Assembly: GCF_004010195.1 (NCBI RefSeq)
Contig: NC_057720.1
Coordinates: 36,762,334-36,826,333 of the forward strand
Direction of reading: 5' to 3'
Origin: Chiloscyllium plagiosum
Taxonomy: Eukaryota
Length of the DNA: 64,000 nt
Below, one piece after another: positions 14,438 to 26,160 of the stretch (its first letter is position 1; every line of letters begins with the position of its first letter). The notes under the pieces were generated by a model. That model did no database searches and was not told the origin of the DNA. It saw nothing but the letters and a program-made list of their open reading frames with translations. The translations under genes and the position numbers were made by a program.

Positions 14438-14597
14438 CGCCATCCCCCCTCCTTTTTTACCACCCTCCCTAATCCTACTGAAACATCTGTAACCAGGAAC
14501 CTCCAACAACCATTCCTGTCCCTCTTCTATCCACGTTTCCGTCATGGCCACAACATCGTAGTCCCAGGTACCTATCCACGCCTTAAGTTCACCGACC
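14438..14597 (-). mobile_element. CR1 ORF2 endonuclease N-terminal fragment (5' end of the nested element)
   Basis: KVGELKAWIGTWDYDVVAMTETWIEEGQEWLLEVPGYRCFSRIREGGKKGGG; abuts the TTAGTTAG target duplication. Confidence 0.85.
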
Positions 14598-17074
14598 TTA
14601 GTTAGTTCATATAAAGCTAAGCTTACAATGGCAGGGGACCTCAGACCCATGGCCTCTTGCTTGATGTGGGAGATTAGGAACGTATCTGATGTTCCTGACT
14701 CTTACACTTGCAAGAAGTGCGTCCAGCTGCAGCTCTTGTTTGACCGCATAACAGCTCTGGAGCTGCGGATGGACTCACTGTGGAACATCCGCAATGCTGA
14801 GGAGGTTGTGAATAGCACGTTTAGTGAACTGGTCACACCCCAGGTTAGAATTGCTGAGGGAGACAGTGAATGGGTGACCAAAAGGCAGAAAAAGAGTAGG
14901 AAGGCAGTTCAGGTGTGCCCTGTGTTCATCTTCCTCCAAAACAGGTATACTGTTTTGGATACTGTTGGGGGAGATGGCATGCTAGGAGAGGGCAGCAGTT
15001 GTCGATCATGGCACTGTGGCGGGCACTGCTGTTCATAACGGCAGGAAAAAGACTTGTAGGGCCATAGTCATAGGGGATTCTATTGTAAGGGGAGTAGATA
15101 GGCGGTTCTGTGGCCGAAAACGGGACTCCTGGATGGTATGTTGCCTCCCAGGTGCCCAGGTCAGGGATGTCACCGATCGGCTGCAGAGCATTCTGAAAAG
15201 GAGAGGGTGAACAGCCATTTGTCTTTTTGCATAGGCGCACCAACAATATTAGTAAAAAAATGAGATGATGTCCTGAAAGAAGAATTGAGGGAGCGAGGAG
15301 AGAAGTTAAAGAGGAGGACCTCAAAGGTAGTGATCTCAGGATTACTACCAGTACCACGTGCTAGCCAGAGTAGAAGTGAAAAAAATAGGCAGGATGAACA
15401 CGTGGCTTGAGGGATGGTGTAGGAGGGAGGGATTCAGATTTGTTGGACATTGGGACCCGTTCTGCGGAAGGTGGGACTATTACAAAATGGACGGTATATA
15501 TCTGAACCAGACTGGAACCAATGTCCTTGGGGGAGTTTTTGCTACGGCTGTTGGGGAGCTTTTAAACTAATGTGACAGGGGGCTGGGAACCAGAAGAGAA
15601 AACAAGTAGTTAGCGAGGTGAAGACTGGAGACTAAGAATCATAAAGATAGCATTAACAAAGGGAAAAGTAGACAGAGAGCAGATGAATGCAAAAGAAACT
15701 GGTGGCTTGAAAAGCATCTACTTGAATGCAAGGAGTATAGTGTGTAAGGCAAATGAACTCAGGGCTTGGATTGGTGCCTGGGAGTAAGACTTTATTGCAG
15801 TCAGAGACTTGGTTGAAGGAAGAGCATGATTGGCACCTAAAGTTGCACTGCTGGTCAGGGATGATATCACGGCTATGCTGAAGGAGGATATTATGGAGGT
15901 CTTGGGTAGTGAGGCATTATGGGTGGAGCGGAGAAATAAGAAGGGTGCAGTTACATTGTTGGGGCTGTATTGCAGGCCTCCCAACAGTGAGCGTGAGGTA
16001 GAAGAACAAATAGGTAAACAGATTATGGAAAGATTTAGAAGCAATAGGGTAGTGGTGATGGGAGATTTTAATTTTCCCAACATTGACTGGGATACACTTA
16101 GCGTCAGAGGTCTGGATGGGGTAGAATTTGTAAGAAGCGTCCAGGAAAGTTTTCTAGAGCAGTATGTCAATAGTCCGACGAGGGAAGGGGCCATTTTGGA
16201 CCTGGTACTGGGGAACGAGCCAGGCCAGGTGGTAGAAGTTGCGGTGGGGGATTTGTTTGGGAACAGTGACCACAATTCTGTAAGTTTCAGAATACTCTTA
16301 GATATAGATGAGAGTGGTCCTAAGGGAAGAGTACTAAACTGGCCAAGGCCAATTTTATCAAAATTAGGCAGGAGCTCGGAAATGTGGATTGGACACAGCT
16401 ATTTGAAGGGGAGTCCACATTTGATATGTGGGAAGCTTTCAAAGATAGGTTAAAGATAGTGCAGAATAGACATGTCCCATTGAAGGCAAAGGATAAGAAG
16501 GGCAAGATTTGTGAACCGTGGATGACAGGAGAAATTGTACGACTAGTCAAGAGGAAAAAGGAAGCGTACATAACGTCTAGGCAGTTCAGAACAGAACAGG
16601 CCCTGAAGGAATATCGGAAGAGTAGGACAAGCCTTAAACGAGGAATCCAGCCAGCTAAAAGGGTTCACAAAATAGCTTTAGCAAGCAGAATTAAGGAGAA
16701 TCCCAAAGCACTTTATTCTTATAAAAGAAGCAAGCAGGTAACTAGAGAAGGATCGGTCCACTAAAGGATAAATGAAGGAAGGCTATGTGTCAAACCTGAC
16801 AGAATGGGTGAGATTCTGAATGATTACTTTGCATCAGTGCTCACTGAGGAGAGGAACATGATGAATGTTGAGGTAAGAGATAGGAGTTGACATAAGTAGG
16901 GAAGATGTGTTGGGTAGGCTAGAGGTTATTAAGGTAGACAAATCCCCAGGACCAGATGGGATCTATCCCAGGTTGCTGAGGGAGGCGAGGGGAAATAGCT
17001 GGGGCCCTGACAGATATCTTTGCGGCATCCTTCAATACAGGTGAGGTGCCGGAGGACTAGAGGGTTGCTCACGT

Positions 17075-17574
17075 NNNNNNNNNNNNNNNNNNNNNNNNNN
17101 NNNNNNNNNNNNNNNNNNNNNNNNNNNNNNNNNNNNNNNNNNNNNNNNNNNNNNNNNNNNNNNNNNNNNNNNNNNNNNNNNNNNNNNNNNNNNNNNNNNN
17201 NNNNNNNNNNNNNNNNNNNNNNNNNNNNNNNNNNNNNNNNNNNNNNNNNNNNNNNNNNNNNNNNNNNNNNNNNNNNNNNNNNNNNNNNNNNNNNNNNNNN
17301 NNNNNNNNNNNNNNNNNNNNNNNNNNNNNNNNNNNNNNNNNNNNNNNNNNNNNNNNNNNNNNNNNNNNNNNNNNNNNNNNNNNNNNNNNNNNNNNNNNNN
17401 NNNNNNNNNNNNNNNNNNNNNNNNNNNNNNNNNNNNNNNNNNNNNNNNNNNNNNNNNNNNNNNNNNNNNNNNNNNNNNNNNNNNNNNNNNNNNNNNNNNN
17501 NNNNNNNNNNNNNNNNNNNNNNNNNNNNNNNNNNNNNNNNNNNNNNNNNNNNNNNNNNNNNNNNNNNNNNNNNN
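17075..17574. other. Assembly gap (500 N)
   Basis: Run of exactly 500 N; both flanks are + strand CR1 ORF2 sequence. Confidence 1.
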
Positions 17575-18672
17575 GCTGCACAGGTGGATAGAGTAGTCAA
17601 GAAGGCAAATGGTGTGCTTGCCTTCATCGGACTGGGCATTCAGTATAGGAGCTGGCAGGTCATGTTAAAATTGTACACAACATTGGTTTGGCCACATTTA
17701 GAATATTGTGTACAGTTCTGGTCACCACATTACCAAAAGGATGTGGATGTTTTGGAGAGGGTGCATAGAAGGTTTACAAGGATGTTGCCTGTTATGGAAG
17801 GTGCTAGCTATGAAGAGAGGTTGAATAGGTTAGGATTGTTTTCATTAGAAAAAAGGAGATTGCAGGGGGACCTGATTGCGGTCTACAAAATCATGAAGTG
17901 TATAACAGGGTAGATAGAGATGAGCTTTTTCCCAGGGTAAAGGATTCAATAACGAGAGGTCATGCTTTCAAGATGAGTGGTCAAAAGCTTAAGGAAGATA
18001 CACGCGAAAAGTACTTTACACAGAGGGTGGTAGGTGCCTGGAACGCGTTGCCAGCAGAGGTGGTAGAGGCAAGCGTGGTAGATTCATTTAAGATGCGTCT
18101 GGACAGATGCATTAGTAGGTGGGGAGCAGAGGGATACAGATGAGTAGGAATTGGTCGACAAGTTTAGACAGTGGATTTGGATCGGCTCCGGCTTGGAGGG
18201 CTGAAAGGCCTGTTTCTGGGCTGTAAATTTTCTTTGTTCTTTATTCTTTTAAGTGGGTGGGAAAAATTAGCAGGTGGAGTGTAATGTAGGATGTGTGAAC
18301 TTTGGCAAGGTGAAGAGATCATAATCTGAATTTAAATCCATCTCTATGGAAATCTATCCTTTTGTCATTTCTGCTAATTTTGGGGAGGCAGTTCAAACTA
18401 TTCCAAACTTTATGCTAATGTTCAAGGGACATAGGTTTGATTCCACTATGAAGTGCAGGGAAAACTGAAATCTATAACCTGTTCCTTTTATAGAAGGAAA
18501 CTTGTCATCCTTGCCAGTAATGCCCCCATCAAATGAATGAATAGGAAAAAAAAAATCCAATGTGCTAGTTTCTCACTTCAGACTTGTGCTTTTTCACAGC
18601 TGCCAGTTTCCAGGACATAAAGGCATGAATTGTTATTTCTTATGCAATAAGTCCTGCTTTTATCTCCCACAG

Positions 18673-18752
18673 AACTGTTTAATTAAGATGGAAGAGAATG
18701 GGTACACAGGAGTTTTGGGTGACTTTGGACTGGCAGAGAAAATCCCTGATAA
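18673..18752 (+). CDS. TESK2: TESK2 coding exon (exon 6 equivalent; DFG motif)
   Basis: cccacag|AACTGT...GATAA|gtaagt; NCLIKMEENGYTGVLGDFGLAEKIPD; ends in phase 2. Confidence 0.95.
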
Positions 18753-20020
18753 GTAAGTATACCACATTTTCCCCTTTTAAATGTAATTTTCCACTTGAAG
18801 TAGCAGAATTATAATCCTAGGGCAACTATGAGAAAATAACAATGAATAGAAATTTGCATCCCTCAAAATTGTTGAGATATTTAATCATGTTTTTAATAAC
18901 TGTTGTTTTGAGCATGAATGAATGTGGTTCCCTTTCAAAAAGGTATATGGTGATTTGTGGCAGTGTCACCAAACTAGTAATCCAGAGGCACTGACTAATG
19001 CTCTGGCACACTGGCTCAAACACCACTATGACAACTGGGAGAACTCTATTAATATATCTGGAATGGAGTAATTGTTACCTTTTAATAATTCTAATGAATT
19101 TACCAGTTTGTTACCAAAACTCATCTGGTTCACTATGTCCTTTTAGTTCAGAAATTAAGTTGTCAAAAAGATATCAGGAATTTGCAAAGAGGCTATAAAT
19201 AGGTTAAGTGGGTGGACAAAAATTGACAGGTGCAATATAATGCAGGATGTGTGAACTTTGGCATGAAGAATAGTAAAGCAGCATATTTAATGGAAAGAAG
19301 TTGCAGAACTCTGAAAGATCTGAGTGTGTTGGTACATGAATCACAATGTTAGTATGCAGGCACAACAAGTGAAAATAGAATGTTGTTTATTGTAAGGGAA
19401 TGAAATTGAGAGGAGGGTATGTTGTTACAGTGGAATAAATGTTGTTGAGGCCACCTCTAGATTACTGTGTATAGGTTTTGTTGTCTTCTTTAAGAAAGGA
19501 CATAAATGTTTTGCAGTTCGTAGAAGGTTTACTTGACTAATATCCAAGATAGGAAAGTTACCTTTGGATGAAAGGTTGACCAGCTGAGCCTGTATCCATA
19601 GAAATTTAGAAGAGTGAGAGGTAAGTCCATTGAAGCATTTTAAGTCCTGAGAGGACTTAACAAAGTGGATAATGAAAGGATGTTTCCCATATTCAAGATT
19701 AGTAGGGGGCATAATTTAAAAATTAGGGGTCTCACATTTAAGATGGGGATGAGGAAGATTACTTTAAGGGTGCAAGTCTTTGGAACTGTTTCCCCAGAGA
19801 GTAGAGGAGGAGGGTTGTTGAATGCTTTAAAGGAAAAGGTAGACTAAGAAGAGAGTTGAGTGTTATCAATGGTAAGCAGGAATGTGAAGTTGAGGCTGCA
19901 ATCAGATGGGTTATGAAATACTAAATGTCAGAACAAATGGCCTACTGTTAGTTGTTATGTTCCTATTAACTAACATAAGACACAGTATAATGATTTGCTT
20001 TGGAAAAATCTTGAAACAAT

Positions 20021-20327
20021 GTTGTGGTTCTGTTCGCCGAGCTGGGAATTTGTTGCAGATGTTTTGTCCCCTGTCTAGGTGACTTCCTCAGTGCTTGGGT
20101 GCCTCCTGTGAAGCGCTTCTGTGATGTTTCCTCTGGCATTTATAGTGGTTTAAATATAAATGATATAAATGCCAGAGGAAACATCACAGAAGCGCTTCAC
20201 AGGAGGCACCCAAGCACTGAGGATGTCACCTAGACAGGGGACGAAACATCTGCAACAGGAATTCCCAGCTTGGCGAACAGAACCACAACAATGAGCACCC
20301 GAGCTACAAATCTTCTCACAAACTTTG
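20021..20327. mobile_element. Non-autonomous palindromic Penelope-derived insertion with 15-bp TSD
   Basis: ~125-bp inverted arms at 20020-20144 and 20164-20290. TSD AAATCTTGAA(A/G)CAAT at 20006-20020 and 20328-20342. Its 3' end gctacaaatcttctca is shared with the GIY-YIG-bearing element at 62687-63513. Confidence 0.88.
20214..20253 (+). ncRNA. Minimal type I hammerhead ribozyme motif (Penelope-associated)
   Basis: gca CTGAGGA t GTCACC tagaca GGGGAC GAAA ca TC tgc: conserved core boxes, stem II and a 3-bp stem I. Activity is untested. Confidence 0.6.
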
Positions 20328-23300
20328 AAATCTTGAAGCAATATTTGAATATCTATTTACATGTGATGACTGAATAATAGGAAATTCTGCTAATTCCTAA
20401 TTGTTCACATGAAGGTGCTGGAGAACCTTTTTTTAAACTGCCGTAGTCTAGATTATGAAGGCATATCTATGGTGCTGTTAGTCTCCCAGGATTTTGAACT
20501 GGTAATTGGGGGGAAGAATAGTGTGTTACCTAAAAGTGGTGGTTTTCCCTGTGCCTATGTTCTGTGTAGCAGAGGTCCAGGTTTTGGAGGTTCCATTGTA
20601 GGAGTCCTGGTGAATTGTTGCATTGTATCTTGTAGGTTGTAAACATTTGCAACCTTGATTCATTACTGGTAGAGGGAGTGTGTAATATTATGGATGAAGT
20701 GTCACTGAGTGGGCTGAGCTGCTTGAGAGTTTTTGGGGCTGCACTAAAACAGTTAAGTGTTGAATATTCCATCATATTTCGGACTGGTGCCTTTGTAGAT
20801 AGTTCATAGTCATTAGATAAGTTGCTAACGATATTTAGCCTCTGGCCTGCTCTTGCAGCCAATGTTTAAACGTGCAATTTGTCACGTTACAAGTAGCAAT
20901 TGTCTCTCACGCTTAAGAAAAATGGACATCTTTAGACTTGCATCAAACTAACTTAACAGTCTTTTAAAAAAATGTATTCATTTGTGGGATTTGGATATCA
21001 CTGGCTGGCCAGCATTTAATGCCTATCCCTAGTTGCCCTTGAGAAGATGGTGGTGAACTGCTGCTGCAGTCCACCTGCTGTGGGTTGACCCACAAAGCCA
21101 CTAGAGAGGAAATTGCAGGATTTTGATACAGTGACAGTGAAGGAATGGCAATATATTTCCAAGTCAGGATGGTGAGTGGCTTGCAGGGGAACTTTAAGAT
21201 GGTGATGTTTTCATATATCTACAGCCCTTATCCTTCTAGATGGAAGTGGTTGTGGGTTTGGAAGATGCTATTTGCAGATCGTCAGTGGATTTCTGCATTG
21301 CATCTTATAGACAGTACACACTGCTGTCACTGTGCATGGTGGGAAAGTATCAAAGTCTGTAGTCTAGAGAGCTGTGTTTGCCAACCTAAAGGGATGGGGG
21401 AAATGGTGTAACTGGAGTTCTGGGTTGGATGAGTTTTAGGCAGTGGAGCCAGGGTTCAGCAGGCGCAGGTACAGAGGCAAAAGGAGCAGCTGAGCATAAC
21501 TAGTTTCATATCTGCCAAATTCTGTGTCCTGGTTTCACAAATTCAACATCTTTTTAATCAAAACATCTGTTGCCTTCTGTAAGCTGGTCAATCCAACAAA
21601 TAGGAGTCAATACCAAAGACGCAATGGAGGCTGAGCCTAGAGCAGATGCTGATGACAAAAACTTTATCGCTGGAGACCCAGGCTTGACTGATACAGCAGA
21701 GTCATCTCTGGTGACTTAAATTTTTCAATAGCCAACTCTCTTCTGTTTCAAAGAATGCATGTCATTTTTGAAGGTTGAGGATTTGCTGTGAGGTATAGGG
21801 TCCAGGAGCAAAGGAATAGAAGAGAAGATAGATGCCAGATATATGGTAAGGAAAAATTCGCAAAGGATATAAGTTAGGTTATCTCACTTTTTACTTACCA
21901 AATGCTCACTAGGATTGCCAACCCTCCAGAATTACCCTGAATGAATTAAAGATCAATCTCCAAGCTATTGCTGCAAGCAAAGCCAGAAAGAAAATTGTCG
22001 ATGCATTATAAAGAATGCGTTTATTTTTAATTTGCTTTGTTTATCAATTATAAAAGTTTTGGAGATAGAGTTGGTCAAAGACTGACAGTCAAGAATCATC
22101 TAATTGGAGTCACAAAAAATTCTGTGCATTTACCAATTGGGCTGGAGGAGCTGGTGCATCGTGATGATGGACATCTTTGTTGTATGACTGTTGGAAACAT
22201 CAGGTTATCGATTGAGTGAGTGAAGATGAAGGACAACTGCTGGGGTGTGGGTATTTCTGGCAAGGCCAGTCTTTTGTACAATCTATAATTGATGAGGTAA
22301 AATGGGATCACATTGGAAAATAGTTTGCAAACCATTGTTGTCACCTTGTGCTTTGCTTTCCTTGTACATGGTCCAGTATGGTTATGTTATTTTGCTTGTT
22401 TGGATTTCAATCTGTATCAGAGGCACTAAATAGATTGAATGCTAAAATGTACAAATCACTTTCGTGACTTGATACAAATGTATTGGTCTGCAATTCTGAC
22501 TTCAATAGAAGATATACAAAGCGAAGGTGAACATTCCTACCCACTTGGTGTAACATAGGAAAAGTGTGAAGTTATTCACTTGGGTATAAAAATTCATAAT
22601 CAGAATATTTTTGATATGATGTAGAATTTGTCAGTGTTGATGCTCAGAGGCTTGGGTATTCTTAAACAAGAAATGTAGAAATTTGATGTGCAGTTATGGC
22701 AGCAATTAGAAAGGCAGATGGCATGTTGGCCTTTATTGAAAGGGAGACTGTTTGTTGTGGTGTGTGGAAAAGTACAGTAAGTTGGTTCCTGGACTAAACA
22801 AATTGGGTCTAGGTCCACCTGAAGGTTAGAGCAATGAGAAGCAATCTCTTCACAGATTCTGAAGAAATTTGATATTAAAAAATTGGTCTGCTAGTTAGAA
22901 GTCTAAAATATAGGGTAAGTGAACAATCACTTAAGATTAAAATGGGGAGAAATTACTCCATCCAAAATCTTTCGAATCCTCTACCCAGGATTGTGGATGC
23001 TCCATTGTCGAGTGCTTTTGAAGCTGAAATACATAGATTTTTTTGCTGTTTCAGGAATGAGGCATATGAGAGTGGGCAGGAAAGTGATGCTGAAGTTAAA
23101 GATCAGTCATAATCATATTGAATGGCACAGCAGACTCAATAAGCCATCTGTGTCTACCCTTCCTATTTCTTGTCTTCTAAAGTCTAATTGTACCACCCCA
23201 TTCGAATTGGAGTATAAGTGGTATAGTTATGTAATCCTTGTCACTGAAGACTTGCAGATGTTTTTGTCCTTGGCCTCCAATTTTCAGACTTTTCTTTTTG

Positions 23301-23581
23301 CTTTTGACCATTCTCTTCCCTGGTCAAAAACCTTTTGCAATTAAGATAGGGCTACTTGATGGTTTGTGGGCATTATGATTGTCTTTGTTCACCTGGGTCA
23401 TGATTTACTGCAAAAAAATGATATTTTAAGTAACTGGTCCTATGGCAAATAATTTTTATGTCAATATTACCATGCACTGAATATCAACATTTTAATGCTA
23501 TGCCAAAGAAAGCATATTAAGTAAATAAATGTTTTGTAAAATAGCAAAGCATGTTACTTACTTTTTTATTTTAAATTTCAG

Positions 23582-23666
23582 CGCAAGTGTAGAAAAGTTG
23601 TCAGTGGTTGGATCACCTTTTTGGATGGCTCCAGAGGTACTTCATAGTGAGCATTATAATGAAAAG
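23582..23666 (+). CDS. TESK2: TESK2 coding exon (exon 7 equivalent; activation loop, APE)
   Basis: tttcag|C GCA AGT...GAAAAG|gtaagt; (N)ASVEKLSVVGSPFWMAPEVLHSEHYNEK; 85 nt; phase matches the previous exon. Confidence 0.95.
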
Positions 23667-24164
23667 GTAAGTGTTCTGTTTTAGATTAGCAGCAAACATC
23701 ATTGTTTGCAAAATAAAACTTAGTGTATTGATTTTAAATGTTTATTCCTTTATATTTCACTTGAATTTTCCTTGATTCGTTGAAAAGAACAAGGTGAAGC
23801 TGCTATGTAATAGAAAATATTTGTGTACTTAAAGCATTAAAGCTAACCAGCAAGTTTGCATATCAGGTAGTTATTCAATCTGTGGTTACTTTGCTTCTTC
23901 CAAAGTCCATCCAACTATACCATATTAACCTTTTGAGTGTCAGTTTTGCCATTTGTGTATCTCCCAGGCTTGTTCTTGTCAGGCACTATTGATTCTCAAC
24001 AGCAGTTAGAAAAGGCAACCTTCAGTTCTCATGTAGTCAGGGGTATGTTTGTCAAATTCCAGGCACAATGAAGCAGAGTGAGGTAACATTCATTAATTTA
24101 CAGTGCTTTATTCTGTTGGACTTATAATGTGGATGCCTGAGTATTATGAATGGTGATATATTTC

Positions 24165-25650
24165 CTTATGTGGATGGTGAGTGGCTTGGTGGGGAACTTG
24201 CAAATGGAGGTTTTCCCATGTATGTGCAACCCTTGTCCGTCTAGATGGAAGTGTTCGTCGGTTTGGAAGGTGCTGACCGAGGATTTTTGGTGAATTTCTG
24301 CAGTACATCTTGTAGACACACATTGCTGCTATTGCTGCGGGTTGGTATTGGAGGGTGTTGGTATTGGAGGGTGTGAATGTTTATAGTTTTGGTGCCAATG
24401 AGGCGGGCTGTTTTGTTCTGGATGGTGTCTAGCTTCTTGAGTGTTGCTGGAGTTGCACTCATCCAGGCAAGTGGAGATTACTCCATTACACTCCTGACTT
24501 GTCGCTTGTTGATAGACTGCCTTTGGGCAGTCAGGAGGTGAGTTACTTCGGTATTCCTAGCCTCTGACCTCCTCTTACAGCTACTTATTTATATGGTAAG
24601 TCCAGTTCATTTTTTTTAAAATGCCAGGGTGTTGATTATGTGTGATTCAATTATGGTAACACCATTGAATGTCAAGGGGGTGGTGGTTGGATTGTCTCTT
24701 TTTGGCAATGGTCACTGCCTGGCATTTGTGTGGCACAAATGTTAATTTTATCCCAGGCATGGATGTTGTCAGAATGTTGTCTTAAAAACTGAAAGAACTG
24801 CAGATGCTGTAAATCAGAAACAAAAACAGAAGTTGCTGGAAAAGTCTGGCAGCATCTGAAAAGAAATCAGAGTTAACATTTTGGGTCCGGTGACCCTTCC
24901 TCAGAAGGCAAGTCTTGTTGCGTTTGAACATGGACCGCTTCAGATTTTGAGGAGTCGCAAATGGTGCCGAACACTGTACAATTAGCAGTGAACATTCCCA
25001 GTTCTGACATTATGATTTGAGGGAAGCAGCCGAAGATGATTGGGTCTAGAACACTAATTACCTCTGCAGAAATGCTCTGGAGCTGAGAAAATTGACCTCC
25101 AACAACCACACCAATTTTCCTATGTGCCAGTATGATTCCAACCAGTGGAGCTTTCCCCCAATTCCCATTAATTCTGACTTTGCTAGATCTCCATGATGCC
25201 ATATTCGTTCAAATGTGGTGTTAATGTCAAGGACTGTCACTCTCACCTAGTCTCTGGAATTCAGTTCTTTTGAACCAAAGCTGTAATGAGGACAGGAGTT
25301 CAATGGCTCTGATGGAACCCAAACTTGGTGTCAGTTGCTGCTGAACTAGTGCTACTCGATGACACCTCCTCCTATCACTTTACTGAAGAGCAAGAATAGA
25401 CTGATGGGGTGGTAATTGGCCAGGTTGGATTTGTGCTACATTTTGAGTACAGGACATGTGTGGGCAATTTTTCACGTTGGAGAGATGCCAGTGTTGTAGC
25501 TGTACTGGAACAGCATGGCTAGGAGGGCAGCAAGTTCTGGAGTACAAGTCTTCAGTACTATTACTGGAATGTTATCAAAGCCTGTTGCCTTTGCAGCATC
25601 CACTGCCTCTGATTGTTTGTTGATATCAAATATACTCATTGATACTGGCA
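24165..25650 (-). mobile_element. L2/CR1-clade LINE fragment with a nested Penelope-type fragment (~24784-24906)
   Basis: Minus-strand RT remnants (KATGFDNIPVIVLKTCTPELA, LDINTTFERIWHHG, LDTIQNKTARLIG). The nested piece reads CTGAGGAagggtcaccggaccc-aaaatgtt on the minus strand. Confidence 0.75.
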
Positions 25651-25735
25651 CATTCAATGGTACTGAATTTGTAAGAGTTGTGTAACAGGAAAAACTCTTT
25701 TTAAAAAAACTTTTATCTTGCTATTAGCATCACTG

Positions 25736-26160
25736 GAGAGGTGATGACCTAGTGGTATAATCATTAGATTATTAATCCAGAAGCTCAGCTAATGTTTTGG
25801 GGACCCAGACTCAAATTCTAATATCTACCACTTTGGGATTTGAAGTGGATTTCTAAACAAAATTTGGAATTAAGACCGTGACACCATTGTCAATAGTCAG
25901 AACAACCCATCTGGCTTACTCATGTTCCTCAAGGAATGATCTCTGCCAACCTCCCCTGGTCTGACCTATATTAACACCAGAACCACAGCAATGTGTTGAA
26001 TCTCAATTGCCCTCTGAAATGGCCCAGCAAGCCAGTCAGTTAGGTAAATTGCTGCAAAGTCTCAACCTACGACATGTGGACTGCAGTGGCTCAAGAAGGC
26101 AGCACACTATCATCTTCTCAAGGACAACGAGAGATGGGCAATAGATGTCAGCGACATCTA
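25736..26160 (+). mobile_element. tRNA-headed SINE with L2/CR1-clade 3' tail (related copies near 6925-7130 -, 18935-19150 +, 36670-37110 +, 43665-43870 -)
   Basis: Shared head gg(t/c)ctagtggta...taatccaga and body ggaattaaga...aaaacccatctgg. The tail ggactgcagtggctcaagaaggcagc...gatgggcaata is also seen at the end of the LINE at 60390-61570. Confidence 0.65.

Larger units (their letters stand above)
11352..18250 (+). mobile_element. Near full-length CR1/HER1-type LINE (degraded), interrupted by a nested insertion and the N gap
   Basis: Putative 5' UTR ~11352-11585 resumes at 14606. ORF1 starts at 14628 (Cys-rich zinc finger/zipper, then SGNH esterase IVIGDSIVRG...DGIYLN). ORF2 shows APE endonuclease (VVMGDFNFPNIDW, SDHNSV) and an RT C-terminus (PHLEYCVQFWSPH, FTQRVVGAWNALP). 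Ends in a TTCT-rich tail. Frameshifts and stops are present. Confidence 0.85.

Noticed and set aside
14628..16764. Esterase- and endonuclease-like ORFs as host genes
   Set aside because: They are frameshifted CR1 ORF1 and ORF2 in canonical LINE order.
16929..17913. Long ORFs of 170-297 aa in the track
   Set aside because: They are open only because of the 500-N gap; the flanks are CR1 ORF2.
20021..20290. Long hairpins (also 32278-32451) as miRNA genes, terminators or CRISPR repeats
   Set aside because: Better explained as TSD-bounded Penelope derivatives; there is no repeat-spacer periodicity and the context is eukaryotic.
21910..22265. TAGGATTGCCAAC, resembling a hAT terminal inverted repeat
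   Set aside because: No matching right TIR or 8-bp TSD could be identified.
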